Source: Eledone cirrhosa
Taxonomy: Eukaryota
Reading direction: 5' to 3'
Assembly: GCA_964016885.1 (NCBI GenBank)
Contig: OZ024740.1
Span: forward strand, 129,022,001 to 129,086,000
DNA length: 64,000 nucleotides
Of this stretch, positions 38,116 through 53,310 are shown piece after piece. The notes under the pieces were generated by a model. It saw only the letters and a program-made list of their open reading frames with translations. It was not told where the DNA came from and did not search any database. Numbering within the stretch: position 1 is the stretch's first letter; every line of letters begins with the position of its first letter. The position numbers were made by a program, and so were the translations under genes.

Positions 38116-39603
38116 TAGGGAATGCTTAAACTGGTTATTAAAATCCTAGTCTTCAGAACATTTAGGTAGATATATAACTGCTGTCAGTGTCATAGACATT
38201 ATACAGCAAATCGGGATTTAAAAAAATATACATTTATTCATATTATTAAGCACATGTATGTCAGATAGCCTTTAAAAAATTATTTTATATAGGGCTCTGC
38301 TGGAATGTTGGTAGAAGTTGGTGATTCTGCATGTTCAACTGACAGCGAATTTATATCTTTGGTGGGGAGTATAGATTCGATTTAGGTTTCATAAGAAATG
38401 AATAGATGATCTGATTTACATTAATTCGATCTAGGTTGTGGTTAATAATTACAAAATATTAATTAGTATATAAATTACTATATTTCTGTTAATTATAAAG
38501 TATTATGAGCGTTGTCAATAATTGTATTTCTTTGTATTAAAGAGAGGATATATCTTATTTATTTGCTGGGTACAAATATTTCTAAATATTCATACATTAT
38601 ACGACGCAAAACTTACAGTTGATACCGCCGTTATAATACGCGCACTCTAATTTAATTATTTACCATAAGATAAAATATTCTAAACGTTTTGTGTTTAGTC
38701 CTCAAAGTAGTTCAAACAAAGCCGTACTAACTTTCCTAATCAGATACGTGAGCCTATAAAAATTCTCATAATATCTGCCTTATATTAATATAGTTTATCC
38801 CTCCTCGTAACATTGTAGGCATGTGCGTGTATCTGTTATTGTTTACGTAAATCTCATACTTTTACAAATGTACATACTATGTGCTACTTGACCTATTATC
38901 TAATAGCAAAGAGAACGTAGCACAACTGCGCTTTTTCCTTCGTATAATGTAGGAAGTGTTACCATATGTAGGCAAATAACACGAATATAATTACGTTTCC
39001 AATAACACGCACATAAACACATATATATTCGGAATCTTATATATACACAAAGACCCCACACACCAAATACACAGATATAGATATATATATATGTGTGTGC
39101 GTATACTACAAACATATAAATAGTAGATTTTGTTCGCAGTTTAAAGATGTGAAGCTATGAAATAGAGAGAATACGATGTTTATCCAAATATAATACGAAA
39201 AAGAATACCAAATCTAATTGTGTGATATTAATTAGATTACATAGTTAAGTGCTTTGTCCAAGGAGACTATTTCTTGACTGTAACGCAATACGACTGCACA
39301 AATATAATAACTGTAAAGCACAACATATTTCGCCATAAAATTAACACTTATGTGTGTTTGCTCTCTTTAAACTGGTAGGAACACTTCGTTATGTTATTGA
39401 CACGAAGCACGTGAATGAAGTGGTAAGAAAACGAATAGTCAATGAGTAGAAAATAGTGTGCAGAAGGATATTAAATATAAATGTGGGAAAATAAGTATAG
39501 AAGACCATTAGGCAAAATGATGACAATGCAGACTATTGAACATAAATGGTGGCCGTTAGATACTAGAGGCGTATTGCTTAGCCGCAGATGTATACAATAA
39601 TGG

Positions 39604-39658
<55 letters not shown>

Positions 39659-39706
39659 AGACGTAAAATAAGAACATTATAAAATTAACTTACTTACTAA
39701 AATATC

Positions 39707-39788
39707 ACTTCCAACTAATTAGTTTCTGGAATGGAGTAAATACATCTTCCGAAGAAGGTGTTGAGAATCATCCCGTCATCAGGAAAGT
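39707..39788 (-). ncRNA. Type I hammerhead, unit 1
   Basis: ACTTTC-CTGATGA-c-GGGATG..ACAcCTTC-TTCG-GAAGaTGT..CATTCC-a-GAAA-CTAATTAG-TT-GGAAGT. Confidence 0.8.
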
Positions 39789-40213
39789 CTATTCTCATAT
39801 AAGTCTCCAGGCAAAGCGAGGACTCTGGAAGCTTATTAAAAAAATAAATCTCAAAGCGTGGACTGAAATCCTAGCCATTGAGAAAATCACTGCCTCGTGT
39901 CCGTGGCAAATTCAAAAAGAATCAAACACGTGACATCAAGGTCAATCAGTGGAAAGTGGGTTGTTAATAAGACAGCGGCCAGCCTACTACCGTAGCAGCA
40001 GTCATGGCCAGTATTGCTCGACAAATAATTTGGAGATAATAATAAAGAATTCATATCTAGTAACATATATATACATACAGATGCATATCGATGCTAGCAA
40101 ATATATAGGTTTTGTCTTAATAACATTGTGGTTCAATGCATGGGGTTGCAGAGCAATAATATAAGAGACGTAATATAAGAAAATTATAAAATTAACTTAC
40201 TTACTAAAATATC

Positions 40214-40295
40214 ACTTAAAACTAATTAGTTTCTGGAATGGAGTAAATACATCTTCCGAAGAAGGTGTTGAGAATCATCCCGTCATCAGGAAAGT
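40214..40295 (-). ncRNA. Type I hammerhead, unit 2 (stem I 3' strand mutated)
   Basis: Same as unit 1, but GG>TT immediately after the cleavage site. Confidence 0.6.
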
Positions 40296-40639
40296 CTATT
40301 CTCATATAAGTCTCCAGGCAAAGCGAGGACTCTGGAAGCTTATTAAAAAAATAAATCTCAAAGCGTGGATTGAAATCTTAGCCATTGAGAAAATCACTGC
40401 CTCTGTGTCCGTGGCAAATTAAAAAAAGAATCAAACACGTGACATCGAGGTCAATCAGTGGAAAGTGGGTTGTTAATAAGATTGACCTCGATGTCACGTG
40501 TTTGATTCTTTTTGAATTTGCCACGGACACAGAGGCAGTGATTTTCTCAATGGCTAGGATTTCAGTCCACGCTTTGAGATTTATTTTTTTAATAAGCTTC
40601 CAGAGTCCTCGCTTTGCCTGGAGACTTATATGAGAATAG

Positions 40640-40721
40640 ACTTTCCTGATGACGGGATGATTCTCAACACCTTCTTTGGAAGATGTATTTACTCCATTCC
40701 AGAAACTAATTAGTTGGAAGT
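40640..40721 (+). ncRNA. Type I hammerhead, unit 3
   Basis: CTGATGA 40646-40652, GAAAC 40702-40706, GTT^GGAAGT. The tetraloop is TTTG. Confidence 0.8.
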
Positions 40722-41147
40722 GATATCTTAGTAAGTAAGTTAATTTTATAATTTTCTTATATTACGTCTCTTATATTATTGTTCTGCAACCCCATGCATT
40801 GAACCACAATGTTATTAAGACAAAACCTATATATTTGCTAGCATTGATATGCATCTGTATGTATATATATGTTACTAGATATGAATTCTTTATTATTATC
40901 TCCAAATTATTTGTCGAGCAATACTGGCCATGACTGCTGCTACGGTAGTAGGCTGGCCGCTGTCTTATTAACAACCCACTTTCCACTGATTGACCTCGAT
41001 GTCACGTGTTTGATTCTTTTTGAATTTGCCACGGACACAGAGGCAGTGATTTTCTCAATGGCTAGGATTTCAGTCCACGCTTTGAGATTTATTTTTTTAA
41101 TGAGCTTCCAGAGTCCTCGCTTTGCCTGCAGACCTATATGAGAATAG

Positions 41148-41229
41148 ACTTTCCTGATGACGGGATGATTCTCAACACCTTCTTCGGAAGATGTATTTAC
41201 TCCATTCCAGAAACTAATTAGTTGGAAGT
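41148..41229 (+). ncRNA. Type I hammerhead, unit 4
   Basis: CTGATGA 41154-41160, c(TTCG)g-capped stem II, GAAAC 41210-41214, GTT^GGAAGT. Confidence 0.8.
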
Positions 41230-41400
41230 GATATATTAGTAAGTAAGTTAATTTTATAATTTTCTTATTTTACGTCTCTTATATTATTGTTCTGCAACCC
41301 CATGCATTGAACCACAATGTTATTAAGACAAAACCTATATATTTGCTATCATCGATATGCATCTGTATGTATATATATATGTTACTAGATATGAATTCTT

Positions 41401-41439
<39 letters not shown>

Positions 41440-42469
41440 TGATACATCGATGATTGTCAACTAGTTGCATCGACGTCACTGACATTTTCAAGGTGGCAAA
41501 TTTGCCAATGATCGGTGAATAGAATCTCTTACAGTTTTCGTTTAGACTTTTTGCGGCCGTGTTTTGGTAGTGTGAACTGTGCCTTAATCATCGCAGGAAT
41601 CGATATATTATGTACCATTCAAGTACTGGAGTAAATGCAACTCCCTTTTGTTGTCGCTGCACCCACCTCGATAACAATGTCTGTGCCGCATCATACTGGT
41701 AATGAGTATTACGTGAGGGATTGCTAATATCTATGGAATAATCAACACATGCCCATTAATTTCCCCAGCAGGAATTCGGGTAGTATTTGGCAGTATGCTT
41801 TCATTATCTGAAGGAAATTTGGGGAAAGTCGAAATTTATATAGCCCATCCTTATTATAAATTATGAAATACAACTTGTATATAGTGTGTCCCTTTACCGT
41901 CATCAGAAAGTGATCCGATTCGGTTGATGGCCCTACTTACATAAAGTTGTAGTTATTACTTTTATAACTTACGTTTTAGTTGATCTTAACCTAATGTTGG
42001 TAATACGGCATTAATTGTATATAATTGATGGGTTCCAGGCAAAAATGAGTTACATTTAAAACAAAAGATTTTATATAGATTGCGCGCAACCAATAATATG
42101 CAGATATATATTATACGCTAATTGATAACTTAAATTCACACAAGTAAATTCATGTGTTCCTATTTCTCTTGAACTGCAGTTTTCACACAATTGAACTATT
42201 CAAAATGGGCAGCATAATATGAAGAAACTATATGAAATAAGATTATCCGATAGCTAAATGTATAACATTGTATGCATTTAAATGACAATTAATTCTCTTC
42301 AGGCATATAGATGAAATAATATCCAGGTAAATTTAACAGAGGTTTCGCGGAAATAGTATCAGATATATCAAGAGATTTGTTCTATAAAAAATATATTTTT
42401 ATAATCAGTAGCAAAAGCTTATACTAAAGTTTTATTGGATTCGTGTATACACACAGACGCATGCACGCA

Positions 42470-45217
<2,748 letters not shown>

Positions 45218-45221
<4 letters not shown>

Positions 45222-47165
45222 TAAAATTACAGATTAAAGTTTAAGCAAAGAATCGCTGCTTTTAGCCTTAACGGGATCTTCTGAAACTTACAAAGTCATT
45301 CTGTAAACACAGAAGTGGATATTTCAAAAAACGTTGCAACCGGAGGAAGACAGAAAGACGATACTTTGGTTCGTGGAAACATTCCCTGGCAAAGAACGGG
45401 AAAAAATGAATATAATTCGTCATTAATAGGAGCGGTGAAAAAGAATTACACGCAGACAGAACCACGTTTATGGTATAAAAGAAGTCGTAGACTAATATTC
45501 TCTTAGGTCGTCATAGAGACGTTCTCTGGCAATGAACGGACCTCGCACATAACATCACAGCTTCACATTTGACTAAACTACCTAGCCGTAGGAACACGTG
45601 CAACCCTGTAGTTAGTACTAACTGTAAATGTAGGAATCGGGTTGATTGCCCCCTATCCGGGAAATGCCTCTCTAGTAACATTGTTTACAAATGTAAGGTT
45701 GTAACACCCACGTCCCGTAGGGCCTACATTAACCGCCAATAGATTCAAGCAGCGTCTTTACATGCATACCCATTCTTTTCGTTACCCTCTATGAAGGAAT
45801 ATGACGTCATTTTCAGCTTATATCTGGAGTCTAAAAGACAACCACACCCAATATACGTTACACTGGGAGATCCTAGCTAGGTCTAGATCGTATAACGGAC
45901 ATATAAGACCATGTGACCTCTGCGCCGCTGAGGCCCGGGAAATACTCTACGCCACAGACCACACCTTAAACAAAAAATCTGAGTCAATTTCGGCTTGTAA
46001 ACATAAATTGCACAAAACCTTCCTGTATTACAGCCCCACATTATACCCTAACGGATAGTACGATCTATACGTGGATATTTTACGTCTTGATGTGGTAGCT
46101 AAGTATATGTTATGTTTATACCATTACTTATTTGCATAGGTAAGTATATATTACCTGTATGTTTTGTGAAGGGTACATATACTTTTTCGTACGTATATTT
46201 GATTGTATATATTATGACGTATATTTTTATATATTCTGGTACATATGCTTTTGGTTATGTGTATACGTGAGTTTTGCGTTTGTATGAGTATGCAGGTTCG
46301 TACGTATGTTTGGTGTGTGTATATATGTACTTCATATTTTGGTTGACGTACGTCTCCGAACATTTGTGTATTTACATGTAGGTATGTCTGTGCGCTTGTT
46401 ATATACGTATTTATTTATTTATATACGTTTATTTAATTACATATTTATTTGTATACACGCACACACACACGCACACACACATATGTATATGTGCGTGGTT
46501 TTGTATACGTATGACGAGTGTTTTCGCGTATGCTTGTGTATGTACGTATTTGGATACATGTATGTATTTATTTAATTTCAATTACCTCTGTATCGTATTT
46601 TATTTACTTTATTCTTAACTCTGAAGCGGAGAATCATTCGGTTTCCTAGTTAGAATTTTATTCTACGACTTCAGCTATACCATTTACGTGGTTTTGTCTT
46701 TGCATGCAATTGTTCTCCACGCTCCACATATGACATATTATCTTCGTTTTTTTTCGTTCATTGCGAGAGAACGTCTCTATTAACCACCTAAGAGAACATT
46801 AGTCTACGACTTCTTTTATACCATAAATGTGGTTCTGTCTTTGCGGGTAATTGTTTTTCACCGCTACTATTAATGACGTATTATATTCGTTTTTTCCCGT
46901 TCTTTGCCTGGGAACGTTTCCACGAACCAAAGTATCGTCTTCCTGTCTTCCTCGGGTTGCAATGTTTTTTGAAATATCCACTTCTGCGTTTACAGATTGA
47001 CTTTGTTAGTTTCAGAAGATCCAGTTAAGGGTGAAAGCAGCGATTCTTTACTTAAACTTTAATCTGTTATTTTAATAATTTTTTGCTCTACGGTTCTTAT
47101 ATATTTGATATATATTTATCCTTATTGAGCCCTCTTTTGATTTTAGTCTTCAAATTTATTATTAT

Positions 47166-47170
<5 letters not shown>
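45218..47170 (+). mobile_element. PLE 3' part: inverted pseudo-LTR, GIY-YIG endonuclease, 3' UTR, pseudo-LTR and tail
   Basis: CKCRNRVDCPLSGKCLSSNIVYKC..AYI..FKQRLYMH..AYIWSLKD..WEIL..CDLCAAEAREI..LNKKSESISACKH. 45218-45538 is inverted relative to about 46755-47075. Confidence 0.9.
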
Positions 47171-47205
<35 letters not shown>

Positions 47206-49533
47206 ATAGCGAGGGAGTTAGAAAGAGATAAAGAGTGCGAGATAGAGGCAGGGAGAAAACCGCCAGATACACAGATCAATACTGTCTACCGAGATGAAAA
47301 AAGATGTATAATCAGTACACAACTTATTTACCTATATAAACAAAAAATAAAGTGTAAATATTACGGCATATATATGTATTTTGTAATTTGTGAATATATG
47401 TCTATATATCAATGATGAATTAATTGTTCTTAACCGTATGGTTCTACTTGAATATCCATGTTATTTATAAATCGAAAGACAGAAGACAGTCTGTTCTTTG
47501 TCAGAATTATAGTTATTTAAACCGTTAAATTTCTTTGGACGAATAAATGGTGGTTTGTGAAACATTGCAAGAAATATATATTAGAGGTACCAGCTAGGTA
47601 GCACACGCACACATATACCCTGGTCCTCCTCTTATACACACACACGTATATATATATATATGTGTGTGTATGTGCGCGTGCGTGAACGTGTGTGTCTATA
47701 CTATATAATGTATGTATATTTATATTCTATGAATATATTACGTGTAGATATATGTATATATAGAGAGAGATGCATGTATGCATCTGCATTTATGTCTTGT
47801 TATGCAAATGTAGAGGTATATTTGAATTTTCTGTTTGTTTCTATGCATATTTCTTTTATATTTGTAAATTTGCCTCAGAGAATTTTAATATTTTTCATGT
47901 TCTTCAATTTTAACCATAACAATACCTAGTATTATTTTCCGTTTAAACAAAAGAGAAACGGATTGTAAATAGTCACTCGTATAGATATAGAAATATTTCG
48001 TCTATAGAATAAATTATAGTTTATTTCTCTCGAGTTCATGCTCAAATAAATAAGTTAAAATGTAAACAATTATAAACAAACACAGAATAATTCTATAAAA
48101 ATCGATGTAGCAGTACTCGATGGCTGAAAAATTTCTATGAATGTTATATTCGTATTCTGATAGGTTTCTAGATATAATATTGTTTTCTTTATGAGCTTTA
48201 TTTGTTTATATGTTTGTTGTTGTTATTGTTGATCGTGATTTTTGTTTACTCTTTGACTTTTCCAAACAGGAAACAGAAACCATACTCATAAAAAAACAAA
48301 TATTCGTAGCAGAAACAGCTATAACCATAAAAACGTAATAAAAATTACAAAAAAGATTCACAAAATGAAAAAAATCAAACAAAAAAGACAAAAATATACC
48401 CAATAAAATGAAAACAATAACAATTGAAAATACTAATGTTAATAATGATAAAGATGGTGATAATACAATTAAAAATAATTAAAATAATAATGATAATATT
48501 AAACATGGCAATAATATTATTTTAAAAAAATGATAACAATAATAATGATAATGATAGTAAACATAAAGCACCAAATTGATGTCCCACACGTTTTCTTATT
48601 CCACTTCGCTTAGTACTGTCACTTCTGGAGAAACGTTTCGTTTGACAGGTAGTATAAGCGCGAAAATTTCTTGCTCATCATAGGAAGATTTTTCACAACG
48701 GACACACATATACATCACAAATATGCATGCACACATACAACATTATACAGCCATACACATAGAAATATAACATACCTACATGTGTGCCTATGCGTGTGTC
48801 GTACTGGAAGATTCCAATCTTTCAGTGTAAAGCTAGTGTTTTAATATTTTTGTTACCAATTTAAGTTTGCTTGGCTGAAGTGTTTTATTAGTAATGAGGT
48901 TATATTTCGAGTGTCTTCAGTATCGAGTATCGTATCATATTACCAGCTGATATTCTGTAGTCAATCCCTGTCATGCTATGATTTATTTTCCTCTTTTGTG
49001 CTGTCTTTAATCTTAGCTCGATTAACTAGTAACTGCATTTGCGATTCAAACGTCATTTTCTGGTAACATCTCTGCTTAATATATTTTTGCAGTGAAGGTA
49101 ATTATCTTACCCGCTGTAGATTATGTGCATAAACATTTGTATATTGTTCCCAAGCTGCCAAGCAGGGAATAAGCACCAAACTCGCTCCTACTAATGAATT
49201 CCCACTCTTCCCATTAGATATCAGAATAATATGCTCTATTATCACATAGAAAAGACGTTTTGAATATAATATTATATGTTGCGTCCGAATAATGTTTTCT
49301 AATGAATGTAACTCACATATTTGTCCCTGTCACTCTTTTAGTTGTTAAATTGAAGATTAATACGTATGCACGTCTGATGATACAATACCACTTGTAACAC
49401 ATGTTATCTAAAATATATATCACTATGCTTCTTCACCTTACATTACAAGAATAATATTTCCGAGAGAACATAATACATAAACACACATATTGAATTATAT
49501 AAGTTGGCACATAACGAAAAAATAAAAATAAAT

Positions 49534-49678
49534 TAATTGTTTCTACTTGAGGCACAAGGCCAGCTATTACCCAGTGTATTACTGGTACTTTATTTTATCG
49601 ACCCCGTCAGGATGAAAGGCAAAGTTAACCTCGGCGTGATTTGAACTCAGATAGTAAAGGGACGTAACTATGCTGGAA
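49534..49678 (-). mobile_element. tRNA-derived SINE copy, 5'-truncated
   Basis: Reverse complement of the B-box, core and tail. Confidence 0.8.
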
Positions 49679-50559
49679 AAAAATAAATTAATGATAATTA
49701 AACCAATATACACATATTTATAAAGGTAAAGACAACTGCTTAATGAAAATATGTGTATTAATTGTAGTATTAGGTACATTATCCCTGTTTAGTTTTATGT
49801 TCAATCTGTATCAAATTATAAATGTACAAATGTGTATTTTTATAAATATTAGATTGAACAAAGTATATTCAGAGGCGTCTACGGCAAGGACTTGTCGTCT
49901 AAATCAGGAAATTCAAGAGCTTCGCAGTGGAAAAATTGTAATATAGTAATGAATAATGTTATTTGCAAGTGTAAAGAGTGAAGTTCAAACGTCATTCATC
50001 GGAAAAGAAACCATGGTATTATGAACAGGAAGATTTACCAGAGAAACGTGTTAATAACCGTTTGTTTATTGGTGGAACAATTAGTTGTCTACTAAAATTG
50101 TTAAAGATTATATTGCGAAAAAAACTAGATTAGGATATAGGGAGATATTAATTGGGGATAAGTTGAATAATGCATGATATTCCACGTAGTCAGTTGTTTA
50201 GCTCCTCTTAGAAGGATCATACATAATTAGTCTAAGATGGAGACTTTGTGGTAACGTTGAAATAGAAGCACTAAAAAGCGAACAATCTATTCAGTACATA
50301 AAGGAAATCTTGAAATATTGTGTAGAAACTAAATTAGAAAGGAAGATTTGCTTCATCAGCTGTAAGTTTACATCGTCGTGGGGAAGCCTTATTTATGACA
50401 CTCCTCTTGATACACTATAGTTAGTTTTGTTATAAGCACAATAAAGAAATAAGAACACATCCCCTCACACACACACACACATATCTGCAGGCGTAGACAA
50501 CTCCCCAATAAATATAAAAACAACCTCACCACCAGAAACAGCAGACTACATACTTTCTA

Positions 50560-51892
50560 CCACCTCATTAAAATCCACAAAACCAGTATAAATCTACAGA
50601 TTAGACCAATTATCTCGAGTATAGAAGGACACCTCTATATATTCTCCTGGTTCCTCTCCCAGATCCTCAAGCCTATGCTTGCTACCTTTCATACACATGT
50701 CAACAGCTCCGACGAAGTCATACAAATACTACATCGACTACAACGTAACCAATTTAAACTCAACATTGTCTTCCTCTACGTGACACTATCAGCTCATCCA
50801 GCGGTCAAACTAGTGACTGGGTGCATCATTTCATACAACATATACTGCTTTGGATCAGGCCTTCCCCTTGGTGCTAAAACCGGATACATCTGAAATGAAC
50901 TTACGCGTATCCAGAATAAATGTAGCAAGAGAGAGGACCAGATCACTCACATTCACACTTCATAGATGTACTGAAGACGAACGGATATCCATCATACCCA
51001 ATGAATCGACTTAAGAATCGAAGGCGCCGCAGGTATAAGCCTACTTCTAACACTTGCCTCATGACATGACCACATTTCAGCGAAAGCATAATCACAGCTA
51101 TCCGCAAAGAAGGACTGGACATACAATTAGCCCACCCCAGCCCTTCACTGCGTGGATACCTGTCTAAAAAGTAATCCAAAGACCACAACAATCACGGTTC
51201 GCTGACTAACTGCCATATCCGCGATATAGGTATGTACCAGGGGACAGAGGTGGTATATCGGATTGAATGCAACAAATGTAAGGAGTTCTTCATTGGTAGT
51301 ATGACTCGAGAACTCCATACTCGCATTAAATAACACCTCAATACACGCGCATCCTCATTCAAAAAACATATTGATGTAGAAACATCAGCCAACATTTTAC
51401 CGTTACAATTAAAGCCAACGATAGAAACGTGGGCAACTTAAGAATTAAGGAGGCCCTGCACTTACTTAGACTCAACGCGCAAATAAATATTATGGTAGAA
51501 CTCAGCACACAATACTTGACATAAAACGACACACCAACAGGCACACAAACTAAACATTTCATACAAAAAAGAAAATTGATTAAGCGGGATATTATATTGT
51601 CAATTGACGTCATTTACCTAGAAGGCCAACTAACCATAAAACACGCGCCGAAAAGGACTTAGAGATATATTTAAATCGAAATCAAATTTTAATCCAAAAG
51701 AGAGGAAATTGGAGCATTAGTACCTTAAACCCTGAAGAAGTCTTTTAGGTCCCACAATATTGGACGGATAAAAGAAGAACGACAACAATAGCAACAACAT
51801 AAAACAAAGATTACCAGGTATCTTAGTTTTACTTTTCGTTACTTCATCTTACAGTCCGTTTTGCATTGTTTAACCTTCTACCTCATTCAACG

Positions 51893-51893
<1 letters not shown>
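50560..51893 (+). mobile_element. Internally deleted PLE (RT fragment, GIY-YIG and decayed HHR)
   Basis: QIRPIISSIEG..SQILKP; EVVYRIECNKCKEFFIGSMTRELHTRIK*H; LRIKEAL. CTGAAGA-ag-TCTTTTA..TAAAAGA near 51732-51776. The tail runs into (TA)n. Confidence 0.75.
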
Positions 51894-51961
<68 letters not shown>

Positions 51962-52359
51962 TATGTGCGTGTATGTGTGTGTGTGTGTGTACGTACTTTT
52001 ATGTATTTTTGTACTTTCGTATTCGGGATTACGTTCGAGCACAATTTTGCACGTGGAACGTATCACTCTAATTTGCAATCGTGAGCAAAGTGTTTTGTGT
52101 AAGACCACCAAGCACGATTGTTTTCGCTCCACATGTTACAGGTGTTGTCTACGTCATAGGTATAAACAACGACAAACATACTACAAATGTCATTTCCATC
52201 TTTCAAATAATTCTCTCAATCTAGTGCACTATATATATATAGTTGAAAAGCAGAACTGCGAAACTGGTAAAGGAACCAAATAAATATATATATATTTTTA
52301 AAAACTAAGACTCCAGTTGCATTTTCGATTTGAATTTTTTTTCTTTATATATATACATA

Positions 52360-53310
52360 TTAGAATTGGTGCTCTGAAATAGTGATATATATATATATAT
52401 ATGAATGTATATATAGTGTATTTTGCAATACACTGTATGCTTAATTAAAGGCATTTCGAAGACCTTATGCTAATGTTTTAGAGCAGTGACAGTCTCACTT
52501 AATTTAGTGTTCAGTAAACAGGGGAGATATAGCGGACAGAGTTCTGTTTCGCATGTTTTGATGATTATCAAAGCTAACCACTCCTCCTCTTTGCTGAAAA
52601 TCATGAATGTTTGATTCTTATAGAATTCTAGTAATAATCAGGAACTGATTATACAGAGCAGTTGCCGGTCAAGCAGAAATTGAAAATTAGAATTGGTGCT
52701 CTGAAATAGCGATATATATATGAATGTATATATAGTGTATTTTGCAATACACTGTATGCTTAATTAAAAACATTTCGAAGACCTTATGCTATTGTTTTTG
52801 AGTAGTGACAGTCTCACTTACTTTTCAGCAAACAGGGGAGATAAAGCTGACCGAGATCTGTTTCGCATTTTTTTATGCTTATCAAAGCTAACTACTCCTC
52901 CTGTTTGCTGAAAATCATGAATGTTTGATTCTTATAGAATTCTAGTAATAATCAGGAACTGATTATACAGAGCAGTTGCCGGTCAAGCAGAAATTGAAAA
53001 TTTGAATTGGTGCTCTGAAATAGCGATATATATATGAATGTATATATAGTGTATGTTGCAATACACTGTATGCTTAATTTTAGAGTAGTGACAGTCTCAC
53101 TTATTTAATGTTCAGCAAACAGGGGAGCTAAAGCTTATAGGCATCAAACAATGCGAAATAGAGCGCTGTCAGCTTTATCTCCCCTGGTTGCTGAACATTA
53201 AAGTAAGTGAGACTGTCAATACTCTAAAACAATAGCATAAGGTCTTCGAAATGCTTTTAATTAAGCATACAGTGTATTTCAAAATACACTAGAAAATACA
53301 TTCATATATA
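52360..53310. repeat. Tandem array of 314-327-bp units with terminal fold-back
   Basis: gaattggtgctctgaaatag occurs at about 52363, 52690 and 53004. The inversion is centred near 53145. Confidence 0.85.

Larger units (their letters stand above)
39656..41406. mobile_element. Palindromic array of 507/508-bp hammerhead-containing tandem units (retrozyme or pseudo-LTR-like)
   Basis: aagagacgta at 39656 and 40163 (period 507); attgacctcg at 40481 and 40989 (period 508). The left arm 39656-40455 is the reverse complement of 40481-41280, with a 25-nt loop. (TA)n on both flanks. No RT or endonuclease motifs seen. Confidence 0.9.

Noticed and set aside
39949-41141. Repeated 71-90 aa ORFs in the 507-bp units
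   Set aside because: No recognisable domain and frames differ between units. They recur only because the DNA is repeated.
41450-41950. Non-repetitive segment examined as the possible next Ig exon
   Set aside because: No VxW..DxR..WNL..DxGxYxC pattern, and frames are interrupted by stops.
47012-47050. CAGAAGA-tcc..gggt-GAAAGC in the PLE pseudo-LTR
   Set aside because: It resembles a hammerhead and recurs in three copies, but U4 is A and stems I and III could not be paired.
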